Of a stretch of 64,000 nt of DNA, positions 51,945 through 62,824 are shown in pieces. How positions within the stretch are numbered: position 1 is the first letter of the stretch; every line of letters starts with the position of its first letter. Below the pieces are notes generated by a model. That model made no database searches and was not told the DNA's origin. It saw only the letters and a program-made list of their open reading frames with translations. The position numbers and the translations under genes are program-made. The stretch is from an uncultured Verrucomicrobiae bacterium (GTDB lineage Bacteria; Verrucomicrobiota; Verrucomicrobiia; Chthoniobacterales; UBA10450), in contig CAVYXA010000001.1 in NCBI GenBank assembly GCA_963772365.1, positions 1,120,001-1,184,000 of the forward strand, written 5' to 3'.

Positions 51945-54446
51945 ATGCGCGAAAGAGCCCAACAGGTCGCGGAACTGGTTAAATCTGCCATTGAACGCAA
52001 ACCCGCAGCGCGATCCGCGTTTCTGGACGAAGAATGCCGATCCGATCCGGCCATGCGCGCGGAAATCGAATCGTTGCTCGACCAACAAGATGGTGCGAGC
52101 CGATTCATCGAAATCCCGGCCCTGCACCTCGCGGCGGAGTCGTTCATCCGCGAGAGCGCATTTCACGCCGGACAAACGATTGGCGATTATGAGATTATCT
52201 CGCTCATCGGCAGTGGCGGCATGGGCGAAGTTTATCTGGCCCACGATTGCGAGCTTGATCGCAAAGTCGCGCTTAAGCTTGTTCGTCGTCCCCTGGCCTC
52301 GGGCGACATGCTGCGCCACTTCAAACGCGAAGAGCATCTCCTGGCCAGCCTGAATCACCCAAACATCGCGCAGCTCTACGGCAGCGGCCTTACTGCGGAT
52401 GGAGTTCCATTTTTTGTCATGGAATATGTCGAGGGCCAACGACTGGATGACTATTGCAATGAGCGCCACTTAGGAACGGAAGAGCGCCTCCAGCTTTTCC
52501 GCAAGGTCTGCTCGGCTGTTGCTTACGCGCACCAGCGCCTGGTTATCCATCGAGACCTTAAACCGGCGAACGTGCGAGTTACTGGTGGAGGCGAGCCTAA
52601 GCTGCTCGATTTCGGCATCGCGAAACTAATCGACGTGGACGAAAGCCAAAGGAGCGGCATGACTCTCACACTGCAAGGTGTTATGACTCCCGAATATGCC
52701 AGCCCTGAACAGGTACGGGGCGAAAGCATGACAACCGCCAGCGACGTTTACAGTCTCGGCGTCGTCCTTTACGAACTGCTCACCAGCCAACGTCCCTATC
52801 GCCTGACAAATCTCAAGCCGCACCAGATCGCGCAGGCCATCACCGACCAGGAACCGACGCGGCCCGGCTTGCTGCGACACGAGCTGGCAGGCGATCTCGA
52901 GACGATTCTCCTAATGGCGTTGCGCAAAGAGCCAGAGCGCCGCTATTCCTCAGTCGGACAATTTTCCGAGGATATCCGGCGTTATCTCGCCGGGCGGCCG
53001 ATCGCGGCGCGTAAGGACACCTGGAGTTATCGGAGCGCGAAGTTCGTCCAACGCCATCGCCTCGGGGTGACCGCCGCGACGCTGGTTTTGCTGACCCTCC
53101 TCAGCGGCATTGTCGCCACTTCATGGGAAGAGCGAACAGCCCGACAGGAGAAAGCGAAAGCCGAGAGCATCAGCGCCTTTCTCGAAAAGATTCTCAACTA
53201 TTCCAATCCATATCTGAATCCTTATGGCTCGGATGGCCGTGTGACGACCATTAGCGAGGTCCTCGATGAAGCAGCCAGGCGTCTGGGAGACGGCGCTTTT
53301 GCGGACGAACCGGAGGTGCGAGCGGAGTTGGAGCGAATTATTGGCGCGAGCTATCTTAGCCAAGGCAAATTGCAATTGGGGCGCAAGCACTTGCAAAAGT
53401 TTGTCCAGTTGGTTGGCAGCAGCTATGGCCCCGACGATCCCAGAAGGGTTCGCGCCTCCGCCATGCAGGCCATGCTCCTTTTTGCCGACGGGAAGATAAT
53501 GGCGGCAGAAAAGCTTTACCGGCAAATGTTACCTCAGATGCGAGTTGAGCGGCGGCGGGGAACGATCACAGCCTACGCGTTATCGGATGCGCTCTGTAAC
53601 CTTGCCTACATCCGTCGAACCGAGGGTGATTCGGGGGAAGCAGAGTCACTCTTTCGCGAAGCTTTGGTTCTTGGTCCGCAATTGCGACCGGAATTGCGCT
53701 ATCTCCTTGGTGTGACTCGAAGCACCCTGGCTTCCACGCTCGCCGATGAGGGAAAATTTGACGAAGCTCTGCACACCGCGCAGCAGGCGGTCACGATGGA
53801 GCGCGCGGAAGGCCAGGTCGGAATGCCGCCCTACGGATTCTCGCTCACTATCCTGGGTGGCTTTCTCGTTGACACACGAGATTTCGCCGCGGGCGACGCG
53901 GCTTTGCGCGAAGGGGAAGCGATCTTCCGCAAGCTACTAAGCCCATCCCATCTTTGGCTGGGCGACAACTTGCGTAACCAGGCGATCTCTTCCTATGAGC
54001 AGGGGAACTTCGTCGACGCGCGAAAGAAGGACGACGAAGCGCTCAAAATCTATCTCGAAAGCTTCGGCCCCAAATACGATAACTATCCCACTGCTTTGAT
54101 TACGGAAGGTTTGATCTTAAACAAGATGGGTCAATCATCCGAGGGCGAGGCGATCTTGCGGAATGCGCTCCAACTGCGGATTGAGTCATTGCCGAGAGAT
54201 CATTTTTGGGTCGCTCTGGCGAAGGACGCGCTCGGTGAGTGTCTAACTACCGAAGGACGCTACGCCGAGGCGGAGCCGTTGCTCTTGACCGGCTACAGCG
54301 ATTTGAAAACACGCTTGGGTAAAAATAACCCGATGTCGTTGACCGCGGCGCACCGGTTGCATGAACTTTACACGGCATGGAACAAGCCCATCGAGGCCGC
54401 AGCCTTCGCCGCGCAAGAAGATCCTCGCGCAAACTACTCGCAATGA
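51945..54446 (+). CDS. Membrane Ser/Thr protein kinase with C-terminal TPR repeats
   Basis: IGSGGMGEVY, VALK, HRDLKPAN, DFGIAK, TPEYASPEQ; TM helix; AEPLL/AESLFREAL TPRs. Confidence 0.95.
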   Translation: MRERAQQVAELVKSAIERKPAARSAFLDEECRSDPAMRAEIESLLDQQDGASRFIEIPALHLAAESFIRESAFHAGQTIGDYEIISLIGSGGMGEVYLAHDCELDRKVALKLVRRPLASGDMLRHFKREEHLLASLNHPNIAQLYGSGLTADGVPFFVMEYVEGQRLDDYCNERHLGTEERLQLFRKVCSAVAYAHQRLVIHRDLKPANVRVTGGGEPKLLDFGIAKLIDVDESQRSGMTLTLQGVMTPEYASPEQVRGESMTTASDVYSLGVVLYELLTSQRPYRLTNLKPHQIAQAITDQEPTRPGLLRHELAGDLETILLMALRKEPERRYSSVGQFSEDIRRYLAGRPIAARKDTWSYRSAKFVQRHRLGVTAATLVLLTLLSGIVATSWEERTARQEKAKAESISAFLEKILNYSNPYLNPYGSDGRVTTISEVLDEAARRLGDGAFADEPEVRAELERIIGASYLSQGKLQLGRKHLQKFVQLVGSSYGPDDPRRVRASAMQAMLLFADGKIMAAEKLYRQMLPQMRVERRRGTITAYALSDALCNLAYIRRTEGDSGEAESLFREALVLGPQLRPELRYLLGVTRSTLASTLADEGKFDEALHTAQQAVTMERAEGQVGMPPYGFSLTILGGFLVDTRDFAAGDAALREGEAIFRKLLSPSHLWLGDNLRNQAISSYEQGNFVDARKKDDEALKIYLESFGPKYDNYPTALITEGLILNKMGQSSEGEAILRNALQLRIESLPRDHFWVALAKDALGECLTTEGRYAEAEPLLLTGYSDLKTRLGKNNPMSLTAAHRLHELYTAWNKPIEAAAFAAQEDPRANYSQ

Positions 54447-54504
54447 TCTTCACCTAAGTCCGATCAAGCGGGATCGGATTTGCCGCCATGCCTGAAGGCT
54501 CCAG

Positions 54505-54605
54505 GGCAGGGCAGTGCCGATGCGGGATTTTTGAACTAGCCAGACATTGTTGGCGTGACCGTGCCGTTGGTGTTTACGTCGGGGCGGAACTTCCCAGAGC
54601 TAATC
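54505..54605 (-). pseudogene. Degenerate 3' remnant of a dockerin-like C-terminus
   Basis: Minus strand reads (with frameshifts) KFRPDVNTNGTVT...KSRIGTALP, cf. NFRSDVNANGAIN...KSHLGTGLP at 46493. Confidence 0.6.
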
Positions 54606-54682
54606 GATAGGCGATCCGCGGCTGCCCAGAGGCATGTGTCATCGGTCGAATGCTACTATCTAGCGGTCTGCCCTCCCAGAAA

Positions 54683-55012
54683 TCACGGTTCGCCGCTGCA
54701 ATTTTCAGTGACCCAACGCAAATAATCAGGGAATCCATTGTCGATCTTGATGAAGATTATTTCCGGGACTTCGCAAGGATGAAGTGAGCGAAGTTTTTCC
54801 TGAAATGCTGATTGTCGATCCTCACTCAGCTTGAAAAAAACAAGTATCTCATTTGCGGTGTCGATCTTTCCTTTCCAACGATAAATCGATTCGATGGTCG
54901 GCAGGATATTTGCGCAGGCGGCAAATTTTTCGGTGACGAGCTGGTGCGCGATCCCGTGTGCGGTTTCCCTATCAGGAAACGTGCTTAGCGCGAGCAGAAT
55001 GTTCTCGGTCAT
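54683..55012 (-). CDS. cutA: Divalent-cation tolerance protein CutA (copy 2)
   Basis: LVTEKFAACANI, SIYRWKGKI, LHPCEVPEI. Confidence 0.92.
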   Translation of the reverse strand: MTENILLALSTFPDRETAHGIAHQLVTEKFAACANILPTIESIYRWKGKIDTANEILVFFKLSEDRQSAFQEKLRSLHPCEVPEIIFIKIDNGFPDYLRWVTENCSGEP

Positions 55013-55077
55013 GCGATGGCGCCTACTGAACTGCTGAACGAGTAGATCAAACTTCGTACTCCGACTTCTGCTACGGT

Positions 55078-56178
55078 CTAGGATGACAGGTGCCGACAAA
55101 TCCATCCGCCTCCCAGAACAACATCTCCAGAATAGATAACCGCGGATTGTCCGGGCGTGACGGCTCGTTGCGGTTCGTGAAGACGAATCAGAGCACAATC
55201 ATCATTTATTGGCGTGACCGTCGCCTTCGTTCCGGGATGGCTGTAGCGAATCTTTACGGTTGCTTCGAAAGGTGAGCCGCTGTCGAAGACTTCGGCGGCA
55301 GGATGCCAGTTCACCCGATCCAGTTCGAATTCATCCACAATCAAATCATCGGCATCGCCGACAATGACGCGATTCGTTGCCGGGTCGAGGTCCACCACAT
55401 AGCGCGGCTGCGCGGATCCACCGGGAAGACCTTTGCGTTGCCCGATCGTGAATAGCTCGAGACCACCATGTTCACCCAGAAATTCTCCTGAGCGGTCGTA
55501 GATACCGCCGCGATGAAATTTATCTTCGCCAAGATGCGAGCGCAGAAACGCTTTGTAATCGTTGCCGGGCACAAAACAAATTTCCTGACTATCCGCTTTG
55601 TCCGCCACTTTCAGGCCTAGCGAGTGCGCGATCTCGCGGATTTCCGTTTTGTGCATTGAGCCGAGCGGCGTCAGCGCGCGTCGCAACTGAGGCTGCCGCA
55701 AGCTGAATAGAAAATACGACTGATCTTTGCGCGGATCGACGCCCTTGCGCAATACGGCACGATCCGGCTGATGTTCGATGATCGCATAATGGCCGGTCGC
55801 GATGTAATCGCACCCCAGCGCTTGCGCTTTTGTCCAAAGATTGCCGAACTTCAATTTCTCGTTGCACATCACACATGGATTCGGCGTTCGCCCCGCTTGA
55901 TATTCACTGGAGAAATAATCGATCACCAAGCGTTCGAACTGGTCGGCTTCGTCGACTACGTAGTGCGCAATGCCGAGCGAATGCGCCACGGCCCGTGCAT
56001 CGGCCACCGCTTGCGGGCCGCAGCATTTATCTTCCGCGCGCGAAATGCAGTCCTGCGGCCAGACCTTCATAGTCACGCCGACGACATCGTAGCCCTGCTC
56101 ACGCAGCAGATAACCGGCGACGCTCGAGTCCACTCCACCGCTCATACCGAGCAAAACTCGCTGTTTGGTTGGATTCAT
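55078..56178 (-). CDS. mnmA: tRNA 2-thiouridine(34) synthase
   Basis: MSGGVDSSV, GRTPNPCVMCN, ATGHY, KDQSYFL, DSQEICF. Confidence 0.98.
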   Translation of the reverse strand: MNPTKQRVLLGMSGGVDSSVAGYLLREQGYDVVGVTMKVWPQDCISRAEDKCCGPQAVADARAVAHSLGIAHYVVDEADQFERLVIDYFSSEYQAGRTPNPCVMCNEKLKFGNLWTKAQALGCDYIATGHYAIIEHQPDRAVLRKGVDPRKDQSYFLFSLRQPQLRRALTPLGSMHKTEIREIAHSLGLKVADKADSQEICFVPGNDYKAFLRSHLGEDKFHRGGIYDRSGEFLGEHGGLELFTIGQRKGLPGGSAQPRYVVDLDPATNRVIVGDADDLIVDEFELDRVNWHPAAEVFDSGSPFEATVKIRYSHPGTKATVTPINDDCALIRLHEPQRAVTPGQSAVIYSGDVVLGGGWICRHLSS

Positions 56179-56269
56179 CGGGAGACAGAAGTTCGATTAT
56201 TAGCCGCTTCAGTCAAACCTGCGGCTCCGGTCGCGCTGTGAAAAGCGAGGCGTTTTCGCATCGCTTTCA

Positions 56270-56839
56270 TCACGCTTTCACCGGCCGGCTAACGAACGGA
56301 CTGCCACGCAGCGTAAATCGCCATGGATGGTGCGCCGAACGGCTAATCCCGATTCGGGCGTCGGCGATAACATCGACATTCGCCACTTCGCGTTCCACGA
56401 AGCAATGCCGAGGATCAACGCACAAATCGAGCTCGTGATGTCGATCGGTTATATCAAGCGCCTGCGTCAGTTTTCCTGGGCCTGAACAAAGCTGGCGAAC
56501 GTCATCAACTCCGCGGCGTTTTTGCATCAGCGCGATTCCTGAACGCGGTTCTAGTGCGCGAATCAAAATGAGACCGTCTCGCGGGCCGCCTTTGATCAAC
56601 ACGTTAAGCATCCAGTGCATTCCGTAATTAAAATAAATATAAGCCGCGCCCGGCTTATTCCGTTTTACAAACTCACGGGCGCTGGGCCGGCTAAAGGTGT
56701 GACAAGCCTCGTCCTCTTCGGTCAGGTATGCCTCAGTTTCCACGATCACTCCTGCGCAACGTCCCCAGATTAGCGTGGTCCCGATCAAATTCGAGGCGCA
56801 GGCCAGCGGATCGCCCTTGAAAAAATTTCTGCTGATCAA
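56270..56839 (-). CDS. DNA-3-methyladenine glycosylase (MPG/Aag type)
   Basis: IVETEAY, YIYFNYGMHWMLN, LIRALEP, CSGPGKL, RIGIS...WRF; start uncertain. Confidence 0.93.
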   Translation of the reverse strand: MISRNFFKGDPLACASNLIGTTLIWGRCAGVIVETEAYLTEEDEACHTFSRPSAREFVKRNKPGAAYIYFNYGMHWMLNVLIKGGPRDGLILIRALEPRSGIALMQKRRGVDDVRQLCSGPGKLTQALDITDRHHELDLCVDPRHCFVEREVANVDVIADARIGISRSAHHPWRFTLRGSPFVSRPVKA

Positions 56840-56852
56840 TTCCGTTGAGTCG

Positions 56853-57620
56853 CTAAGACCCGGATTCTTTTGCGCGATAAAAGACGGGCAATTGGATAGT
56901 ACACTCCACTCGCTTACCATCGCGAAACGCCGGAATGAATTTAGCTCCCGTAAAGTCGGCAATCGCAGCATCGGCGAAGCCGTTGTCCGGCGGATACTCG
57001 TACGTCACTTTCATTTCCTTCACGTTTCCCTCGTCATCAACCTGCAGTGTGAGTTCCGCCAGTCCATTGACCTTCCCATTCGCCTTCTTTGGATAATGGA
57101 AGCCGAGAAATTTCGAATCTCCACCGAAATAAGGCTGTGGACCGATAAAGTCGCTCTCGGCGGCGACCTCATCGAATTGTTGGTTGGAAAAAATGCGCAG
57201 ACGCGGCGTGCCATTTACCATCCTGAACGTTGCCGTGCCGTAGTATACCGCATCGACAATCTTACCATCGTAAACTCCGGGGATAAAAACCGAGCTATCC
57301 ATTCGCCTTCTCAACTCGTGTTCCAAAGCATCCGAGCCGGGCGATGCGCGATAGGTAGAGCTGGAGACGACTTTGCCATTCTTGTTTACGATGCAATAGA
57401 ACATCACTTCCTGATCGCTTGGACTACGCTCGCCAACAGTTTCCCGGTCAATCTTATTAATGAGCGCGTTCGCTTCCTCCCCCATGAGGATTGGACGATA
57501 CTGTGGGAGCGCTTCCGACGATTTAGTGGACGGCGCCGGTGTCGAAGTAGTAACAACCTGCCCCAGAGCAGGGCCAACAATCAGCCCGAGAACGAGCAGC
57601 GCCAATGAAAAATATCGCAT
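56853..57620 (-). CDS. Secreted protein with TonB C-terminal-like domain(s)
   Basis: Signal peptide; YP...V...VDDEGNV...F.PAFRDGK.V and a similar earlier FIPGVYDGK unit. Confidence 0.75.
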   Translation of the reverse strand: MRYFSLALLVLGLIVGPALGQVVTTSTPAPSTKSSEALPQYRPILMGEEANALINKIDRETVGERSPSDQEVMFYCIVNKNGKVVSSSTYRASPGSDALEHELRRRMDSSVFIPGVYDGKIVDAVYYGTATFRMVNGTPRLRIFSNQQFDEVAAESDFIGPQPYFGGDSKFLGFHYPKKANGKVNGLAELTLQVDDEGNVKEMKVTYEYPPDNGFADAAIADFTGAKFIPAFRDGKRVECTIQLPVFYRAKESGS

Positions 57621-57715
57621 GGCTGATTACGCAAGCGGAAGGCGATCAGTTTGCAAGGGCGATTTGCTGAGTCCACGACTTGAGGTTCGCGCATCCACCA
57701 TCCATCGTGCCGATT

Positions 57716-58096
57716 ATGAACCTGGAAGGGATCGATCATGTCGCCATGAGTGTTCGTAATGTCAAACGCGCCGCACAATGGTACATCGACGTCCTCGGAT
57801 TTGAGACACGCTATCAGGGCATGTGGAACGGCGTCCCGACCTTTATCGGGAAAGGCGACACGGCGATTGCCCTGTTCCCTGCGGATGCATCGACACCATC
57901 GACATCGCCCGGCTACCGAGGCATCCAGATGCTTCATTTGGCTTTTCGCGCCGATCGCAAAAACTTTGTGGCCGCGCAGAAGGAACTAAAACGGCGCGGG
58001 ATCGAACTTGAATTCCAGGACCACCAGATTGCGCACTCAATTTACTTCTATGATCCTGATGGACACGCGCTCGAGATTACAACCTACGATATCTGA
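57716..58096 (+). CDS. VOC/glyoxalase family protein
   Basis: IDHVAM.V, WY.DVLGF, HLAF, SIYFYDPDGHALE. Confidence 0.92.
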   Translation: MNLEGIDHVAMSVRNVKRAAQWYIDVLGFETRYQGMWNGVPTFIGKGDTAIALFPADASTPSTSPGYRGIQMLHLAFRADRKNFVAAQKELKRRGIELEFQDHQIAHSIYFYDPDGHALEITTYDI

Positions 58097-58106
58097 TTGA
58101 GATATC

Positions 58107-61100
58107 TTACGCGGTCCTGCCGCAGCAGTTTTTGTATTTCTTCCCGCTGCCACACGGGCACGGCTCGTTGCGTCCGACCTTGGGTAACGCTCGCCGCACA
58201 GGCAGATCAAGTGTCACTTCACTTTCACCATCGCCATTGCCGCCAACGGTGGCCATCGCCCCGACACGTTGCCGTCCGCGCGCAGGAGCATTCGCCGTTG
58301 GCGCCGTTGGTCCTTCTTCGCGCAATAGAAATTGCGGGAGACTGGCCAGGAAATTTTCGAATGCTTGTAGGTTCGACGTGCTGCGGAAGAGATTATGCAA
58401 CACTTCGTTTTTAATGTTCGCCATCAACTCGACGAACATGTCGTAGGCCTCGGTCTTGTACTCGATGAGAGGATCTTTCTGTGCGTAGCCGCGCAGATAC
58501 ACACCCTCCCGCAACGCATCCATGGCATAGAGATGCTCCTGCCATAGCCGATCGATCGCGTTCAAAATGATGTAACGCTCGAGGCTTTTCACCGCCGCCG
58601 GCTCTTCATGGCTCGACTTCCGTTCGTACGATTCCTTGATCTTCTCGCTCAAGAATTGCGAGTTTTCATCGACAGTCCGCGTTTCAAATTCCGCTTTTTC
58701 TTTTGTTAGCCCGAGGGGAAACGTGGTGTTCACCCAGTGCATCAAGCCGCCGTAGTTTGGTTCATCGGCCTCAATGTATTCCTTCACTTTTCCCGGCACC
58801 GCTTCATTGATTACTTCATAAATCAGGGCCCGCGGCTCCTCGGCATCGATCACTTCGTTACGATAACCGTAAACGACTTCGCGTTGCATGTTCATCACGT
58901 CGTCGAAATCGAGCGTGCGTTTACGAATCAAATAATTGCGCTGCTCCACCCGTTTCTGCGCGGTCTCCACCGATTTATTCAGCCATCGATGCTCTAGCTC
59001 CTGGCCTTCCTCGAGTCCAAACCGCTCCATGATCCGCGTCATGCGATCCGCTGCGCCGAAGTTCCGCATCAGATCGTCTTCGAAGCTCACATAGAATCGT
59101 GACGCTCCGGGATCGCCCTGACGCGCGCATCGCCCTCGCAATTGTCGATCGATCCGGCGTGATTCGTGCCGTTCCGTGCCGAGCACCATCAGCCCGCCTA
59201 ACTCCGTCACACCGGGTCCCAGCTTAATATCGGTGCCGCGGCCTGCCATGTTGGTGGAAATCGTCACAGTTCCCGGTTGACCAGCTCGCTGCACGATCTC
59301 CGCTTCCTGCATGTGGAACTTCGCGTTCAATACGTTATGCGGAATTTTTTCTCGCTTGAGCATTCGGCTTAACAACTCCGACGCTTCCACGCTCACCGTC
59401 CCGACGAGCACCGGTTGCTGTTTGTTGTGGCAATCGCGAATCTCGTTGATGACCGCGTTGTATTTCTCCCGGCGTGTCTTGTAGATCCGATCATTGGAAT
59501 CCTTTCTCGCGACCGGGCGATTGGTCGGAATCATATTGACGTCGAGCTTGTAAATGTCGTGAAACTCAGCCGCTTCCGTTTCGGCGGTGCCGGTCATGCC
59601 CGCGAGCTTTTGATAAAGCCGGAAGTAATTTTGGATCGTGATCGTGGCCAGTGTCTGCGTTTCCCGATCGATCTGCACTCCTTCCTTCGCTTCGACTGCC
59701 TGATGCAGCCCATCGCTCCATCGTCGTCCCGGCATTTTGCGTCCCGTGAATTCATCGACAATGATCACCTTATTTTCCTCGATCACGTACTGCACGTCCT
59801 TCTCGAACAGGCAGTAGGCCTTGAGCAACTGCGAGATGTTATGGATCCGCTCGGCTTGCGTGTCGCATAGCTGCTGGCGCTCCGATTTCTTTTTGTCCTT
59901 CTCTTCGTCGGAAAGCGCAGGATCAAGATCGATCTCGGTAAATTCGCTGATCAAATCCGGCAGCACGAACGCATTTGGATCGTCGGGATTTAGAAAAACG
60001 CGGCCCTGCTCGGACAAATCGGCCTCGTTCGTTTTCTCATCGATGGTAAAAAACAATTCCTCCTTGAGCGCGAACAGTTCTTCTTTCCGCGTGTCCTGAT
60101 AAAACGAAAGCTCGGCTTTATCGATGGCGCGGCGCTTGTCCGGATCCTCCATCATGCGCAGCAATTGCTTGTTGCGCGGCTGACCCAGCTTCACTTTGAA
60201 CATCAATCGTCCGCCCGTTTCCACATCACCTTGCTCGAATTTCTCGATCGCCTCACTGGCCAGGCGATTGCACAGCATGTTCTGTTTGCGCACGAGTTGC
60301 TCGATTAAGGGTTTGAACTTGTCGTACTGATGGGTCGAAACCGTGGCAGGCCCGCTAATGATCAACGGCGTCCGGGCCTCATCGATCAGGATCGAATCGA
60401 CTTCATCGACAATCGCGTAATGATACCCGCGCTGGACCTGCTGGTCGCGCGTCGTCGCCATTCCGTTGTCGCGCAGATAATCGAAGCCGAACTCACTGTT
60501 CGTTCCATAACAAATGTCCATCGCGTACTGCTCACGGCGCACATCCGGCTCCTGGTCGTGTTGAATGCAACCGATCGTAAGGCCGAGAAAATTGTAGAGC
60601 GCGCCCATCCATTCCGCATCGCGCCGGGCCAGGTAATCGTTCACCGTCACGAGATGAGCCCCGCGACCGGTGAGTGCGTTCAAGTAAAGCGGCAATGTGG
60701 CAACCAGCGTCTTACCTTCGCCGGTCGCCATTTCCGCGATCCGGCCGCGATGCAAAACGATTCCGCCGAGCAATTGGACGTCGAAGTGGACCATGTCCCA
60801 CGTCATCGGCTGCTCGCACACTGTGAACGTGTGCTGTCGATCCTTCAGCCGCCGGGCTGAATTCTTTACGACCGCGAAAGCCTCCGGCAAAATTTCCTCG
60901 AGCCTCTTCCACTGGTTCTCAATCTCAGGAATTTTCGCCAGCTCCTCTTTCCAGGCCGCCGTCTTGCCGCGCAACTCGTCATCCGATAAGCTCTTGAACT
61001 GCTTGTCGAACTCGTTGATCCGCTGCACAATCGGCCGGAGCCGCTTCAGTTCCCGCTGGTTCTTCGAACCCAAAATCTTCTTTAGAATCCACGTAACCAT
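58107..61100 (-). CDS. secA: Preprotein translocase ATPase SecA
   Basis: [51 protein letters not shown]. Confidence 0.99.
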   Translation of the reverse strand: MVTWILKKILGSKNQRELKRLRPIVQRINEFDKQFKSLSDDELRGKTAAWKEELAKIPEIENQWKRLEEILPEAFAVVKNSARRLKDRQHTFTVCEQPMTWDMVHFDVQLLGGIVLHRGRIAEMATGEGKTLVATLPLYLNALTGRGAHLVTVNDYLARRDAEWMGALYNFLGLTIGCIQHDQEPDVRREQYAMDICYGTNSEFGFDYLRDNGMATTRDQQVQRGYHYAIVDEVDSILIDEARTPLIISGPATVSTHQYDKFKPLIEQLVRKQNMLCNRLASEAIEKFEQGDVETGGRLMFKVKLGQPRNKQLLRMMEDPDKRRAIDKAELSFYQDTRKEELFALKEELFFTIDEKTNEADLSEQGRVFLNPDDPNAFVLPDLISEFTEIDLDPALSDEEKDKKKSERQQLCDTQAERIHNISQLLKAYCLFEKDVQYVIEENKVIIVDEFTGRKMPGRRWSDGLHQAVEAKEGVQIDRETQTLATITIQNYFRLYQKLAGMTGTAETEAAEFHDIYKLDVNMIPTNRPVARKDSNDRIYKTRREKYNAVINEIRDCHNKQQPVLVGTVSVEASELLSRMLKREKIPHNVLNAKFHMQEAEIVQRAGQPGTVTISTNMAGRGTDIKLGPGVTELGGLMVLGTERHESRRIDRQLRGRCARQGDPGASRFYVSFEDDLMRNFGAADRMTRIMERFGLEEGQELEHRWLNKSVETAQKRVEQRNYLIRKRTLDFDDVMNMQREVVYGYRNEVIDAEEPRALIYEVINEAVPGKVKEYIEADEPNYGGLMHWVNTTFPLGLTKEKAEFETRTVDENSQFLSEKIKESYERKSSHEEPAAVKSLERYIILNAIDRLWQEHLYAMDALREGVYLRGYAQKDPLIEYKTEAYDMFVELMANIKNEVLHNLFRSTSNLQAFENFLASLPQFLLREEGPTAPTANAPARGRQRVGAMATVGGNGDGESEVTLDLPVRRALPKVGRNEPCPCGSGKKYKNCCGRTA

Positions 61101-61235
61101 GTGAACAAATAATATTGCCTAGATTCCATCACTATCAATCCGGTAGGAACGCTCGCCGAGTCCTCTGCGTCGCATCCGGCGGTCGCGCCCGAGCATGGCG
61201 TTGTGCCGGTCACATTTACAGCTAGAATCGAGCGC

Positions 61236-61649
61236 ATGAAAAAAATCATTTCCACGTCTGAGGCGCCAGCGGCCATCGGGCCGTATTCGCAGGGTGTGCG
61301 CACAGGATCGACAGTCTATTGCGCCGGCCAAATTCCGCTCGACCCAAAGACCGGGCAGATCGTTGCCGGCGACATTTCCGTTCAGACACGCCGCGTCCTC
61401 GACAACATTGCCGGAATCCTGCGAGCCGACGACTTGAATTTCGAACACATTGTCAAAACGACGATTTTTCTCACTAATCTCGGCGATTTTCAGACCGTAA
61501 ACGAAATTTACGGTAGCTATTTCAAGCAAGCGCCGCCGGCCCGCTCGACGATTCAAGTCGCCGGTCTACCAAAAGGTGCGAACATCGAGATCGAAGTGAT
61601 CGCTGTTGCTGGCGACGGCGAGGAAACTGTGGCGGATACATCGGGCTAG
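61236..61649 (+). CDS. RidA family enamine/imine deaminase
   Basis: APAAIGPYSQG, GQIP, PARS...LPKG..IEIE. Confidence 0.93.
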   Translation: MKKIISTSEAPAAIGPYSQGVRTGSTVYCAGQIPLDPKTGQIVAGDISVQTRRVLDNIAGILRADDLNFEHIVKTTIFLTNLGDFQTVNEIYGSYFKQAPPARSTIQVAGLPKGANIEIEVIAVAGDGEETVADTSG

Positions 61650-61656
61650 ATCCAAC

Positions 61657-61878
61657 TGTAGCGGCGGTCTATGACCGTCGTTCGAAATTTGCGACGCTCA
61701 TACGGCGCCGCGCATTTATCAGCCTGATTAAAATCGAAATGGAGACCTTCGAAGCCGACAAAGTACCCGCCGATCTTGCCCGCACTCCTGCCGTAGAACC
61801 GGGAAGTCTGTAGCGGCGGTCTAAGAGCGTCGCCATTCGACACAAGAAAATTTGCGACGGTCACAGACCGCCGCTACA
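61657..61878. repeat. Two GTAG-type REP-like doublets (GTAGCGGCGGTCT family)
   Basis: TGTAGCGGCGGTCTATGACCGTCG at 61657; TGTAGCGGCGGTCT...AGACCGCCGCTACA at 61809-61878. Confidence 0.8.
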
Positions 61879-61886
61879 AACATAGC

Positions 61887-62651
61887 GTGCTCGCCGATCA
61901 GCAATCCCAACCCAAATCCGCTGCCACACCAACGATTCAGGTTGTTCCGCCGCGCCGACCATTTTTATCGCACTTTTATCAATCTTCGGTCGGCAAAAAA
62001 ATGATCGTCGCTGTGACGGGCATCATTTTGATCCTGTTCGTCATTGGCCATTTGCTCGGCAACCTGCAAATCTTTCTCGGACCGGATTGGATCAACAGTT
62101 ACTCCCAGCATCTTCGCGATCTCGGGCCATTGCTTTGGGCGATCCGGGCGTTTCTCCTGGCAACGGTCATACTTCACATCTTCGTGACCATTCGTCTCGC
62201 CATCGATAACCGCCGGGCTCGCCCCGACGCGTACATCGACAAGCACCACGTGAAGGCCACCTTCGCATCCCGGCACATGGTGATGAGCGGATTGATCGTG
62301 CTCGCCTTCATCATCTATCACCTCGCCCATTTTACCGTTCGCGTAACCGACAAACGCTTTGCGCTGCTGAAGGCTGATTCGCTGGGACATTACGACGTTT
62401 ACTCAATGATGGTTTACGGGTTTCAAAATTATTACGTGTCGGCGTTCTACATTCTCGGGCTTTTCCTGCTTGCGCTGCATTTGAGCCACGGCTCCTCCAG
62501 CTTTTTTCAGTCATTGGGTTTCAACGACAAAAAACTGGCGCCGCGGCTGGCATTGGGCGGGCGGGTCTTCGCATGGCTGCTTTTTATCGGGTACACTTCG
62601 ATCCCGGTCACGATCCTGCTCGGTCTAATCAAACCGGCGCAACAACTCTGA
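61887..62651 (+). CDS. sdhC: Succinate dehydrogenase/fumarate reductase cytochrome b subunit
   Basis: SSVGKKMIVAVTG, His-bearing TMs (GHL, LHI, YHL, LHLSHG); upstream of sdhA. Confidence 0.92.
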   Translation: MLADQQSQPKSAATPTIQVVPPRRPFLSHFYQSSVGKKMIVAVTGIILILFVIGHLLGNLQIFLGPDWINSYSQHLRDLGPLLWAIRAFLLATVILHIFVTIRLAIDNRRARPDAYIDKHHVKATFASRHMVMSGLIVLAFIIYHLAHFTVRVTDKRFALLKADSLGHYDVYSMMVYGFQNYYVSAFYILGLFLLALHLSHGSSSFFQSLGFNDKKLAPRLALGGRVFAWLLFIGYTSIPVTILLGLIKPAQQL

Positions 62652-62710
62652 AAGAAAATCCGAAAGTCGAATGTCGAAATCACGAATGTCCCGGCAAACT
62701 ACTCACAATT

Positions 62711-62801
62711 GTCATTCTGAGCGCAGCGAAGAATCTTCAATCGTTTCTGAATCGACGCCGTCAAGGAATAGATAGAGATGTTTCGCTTCGCTCAACATGA
62801 C
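62711..62801. repeat. GTCA-type REP-like doublet between sdhC and sdhA
   Basis: GTCATTCTGAGCGCAGCGAAGAATCT...AGATGTTTCGCTTCGCTCAACATGAC. Confidence 0.85.
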
Positions 62802-62824
62802 AGCACCCGATTTTCGTTTCAGCC

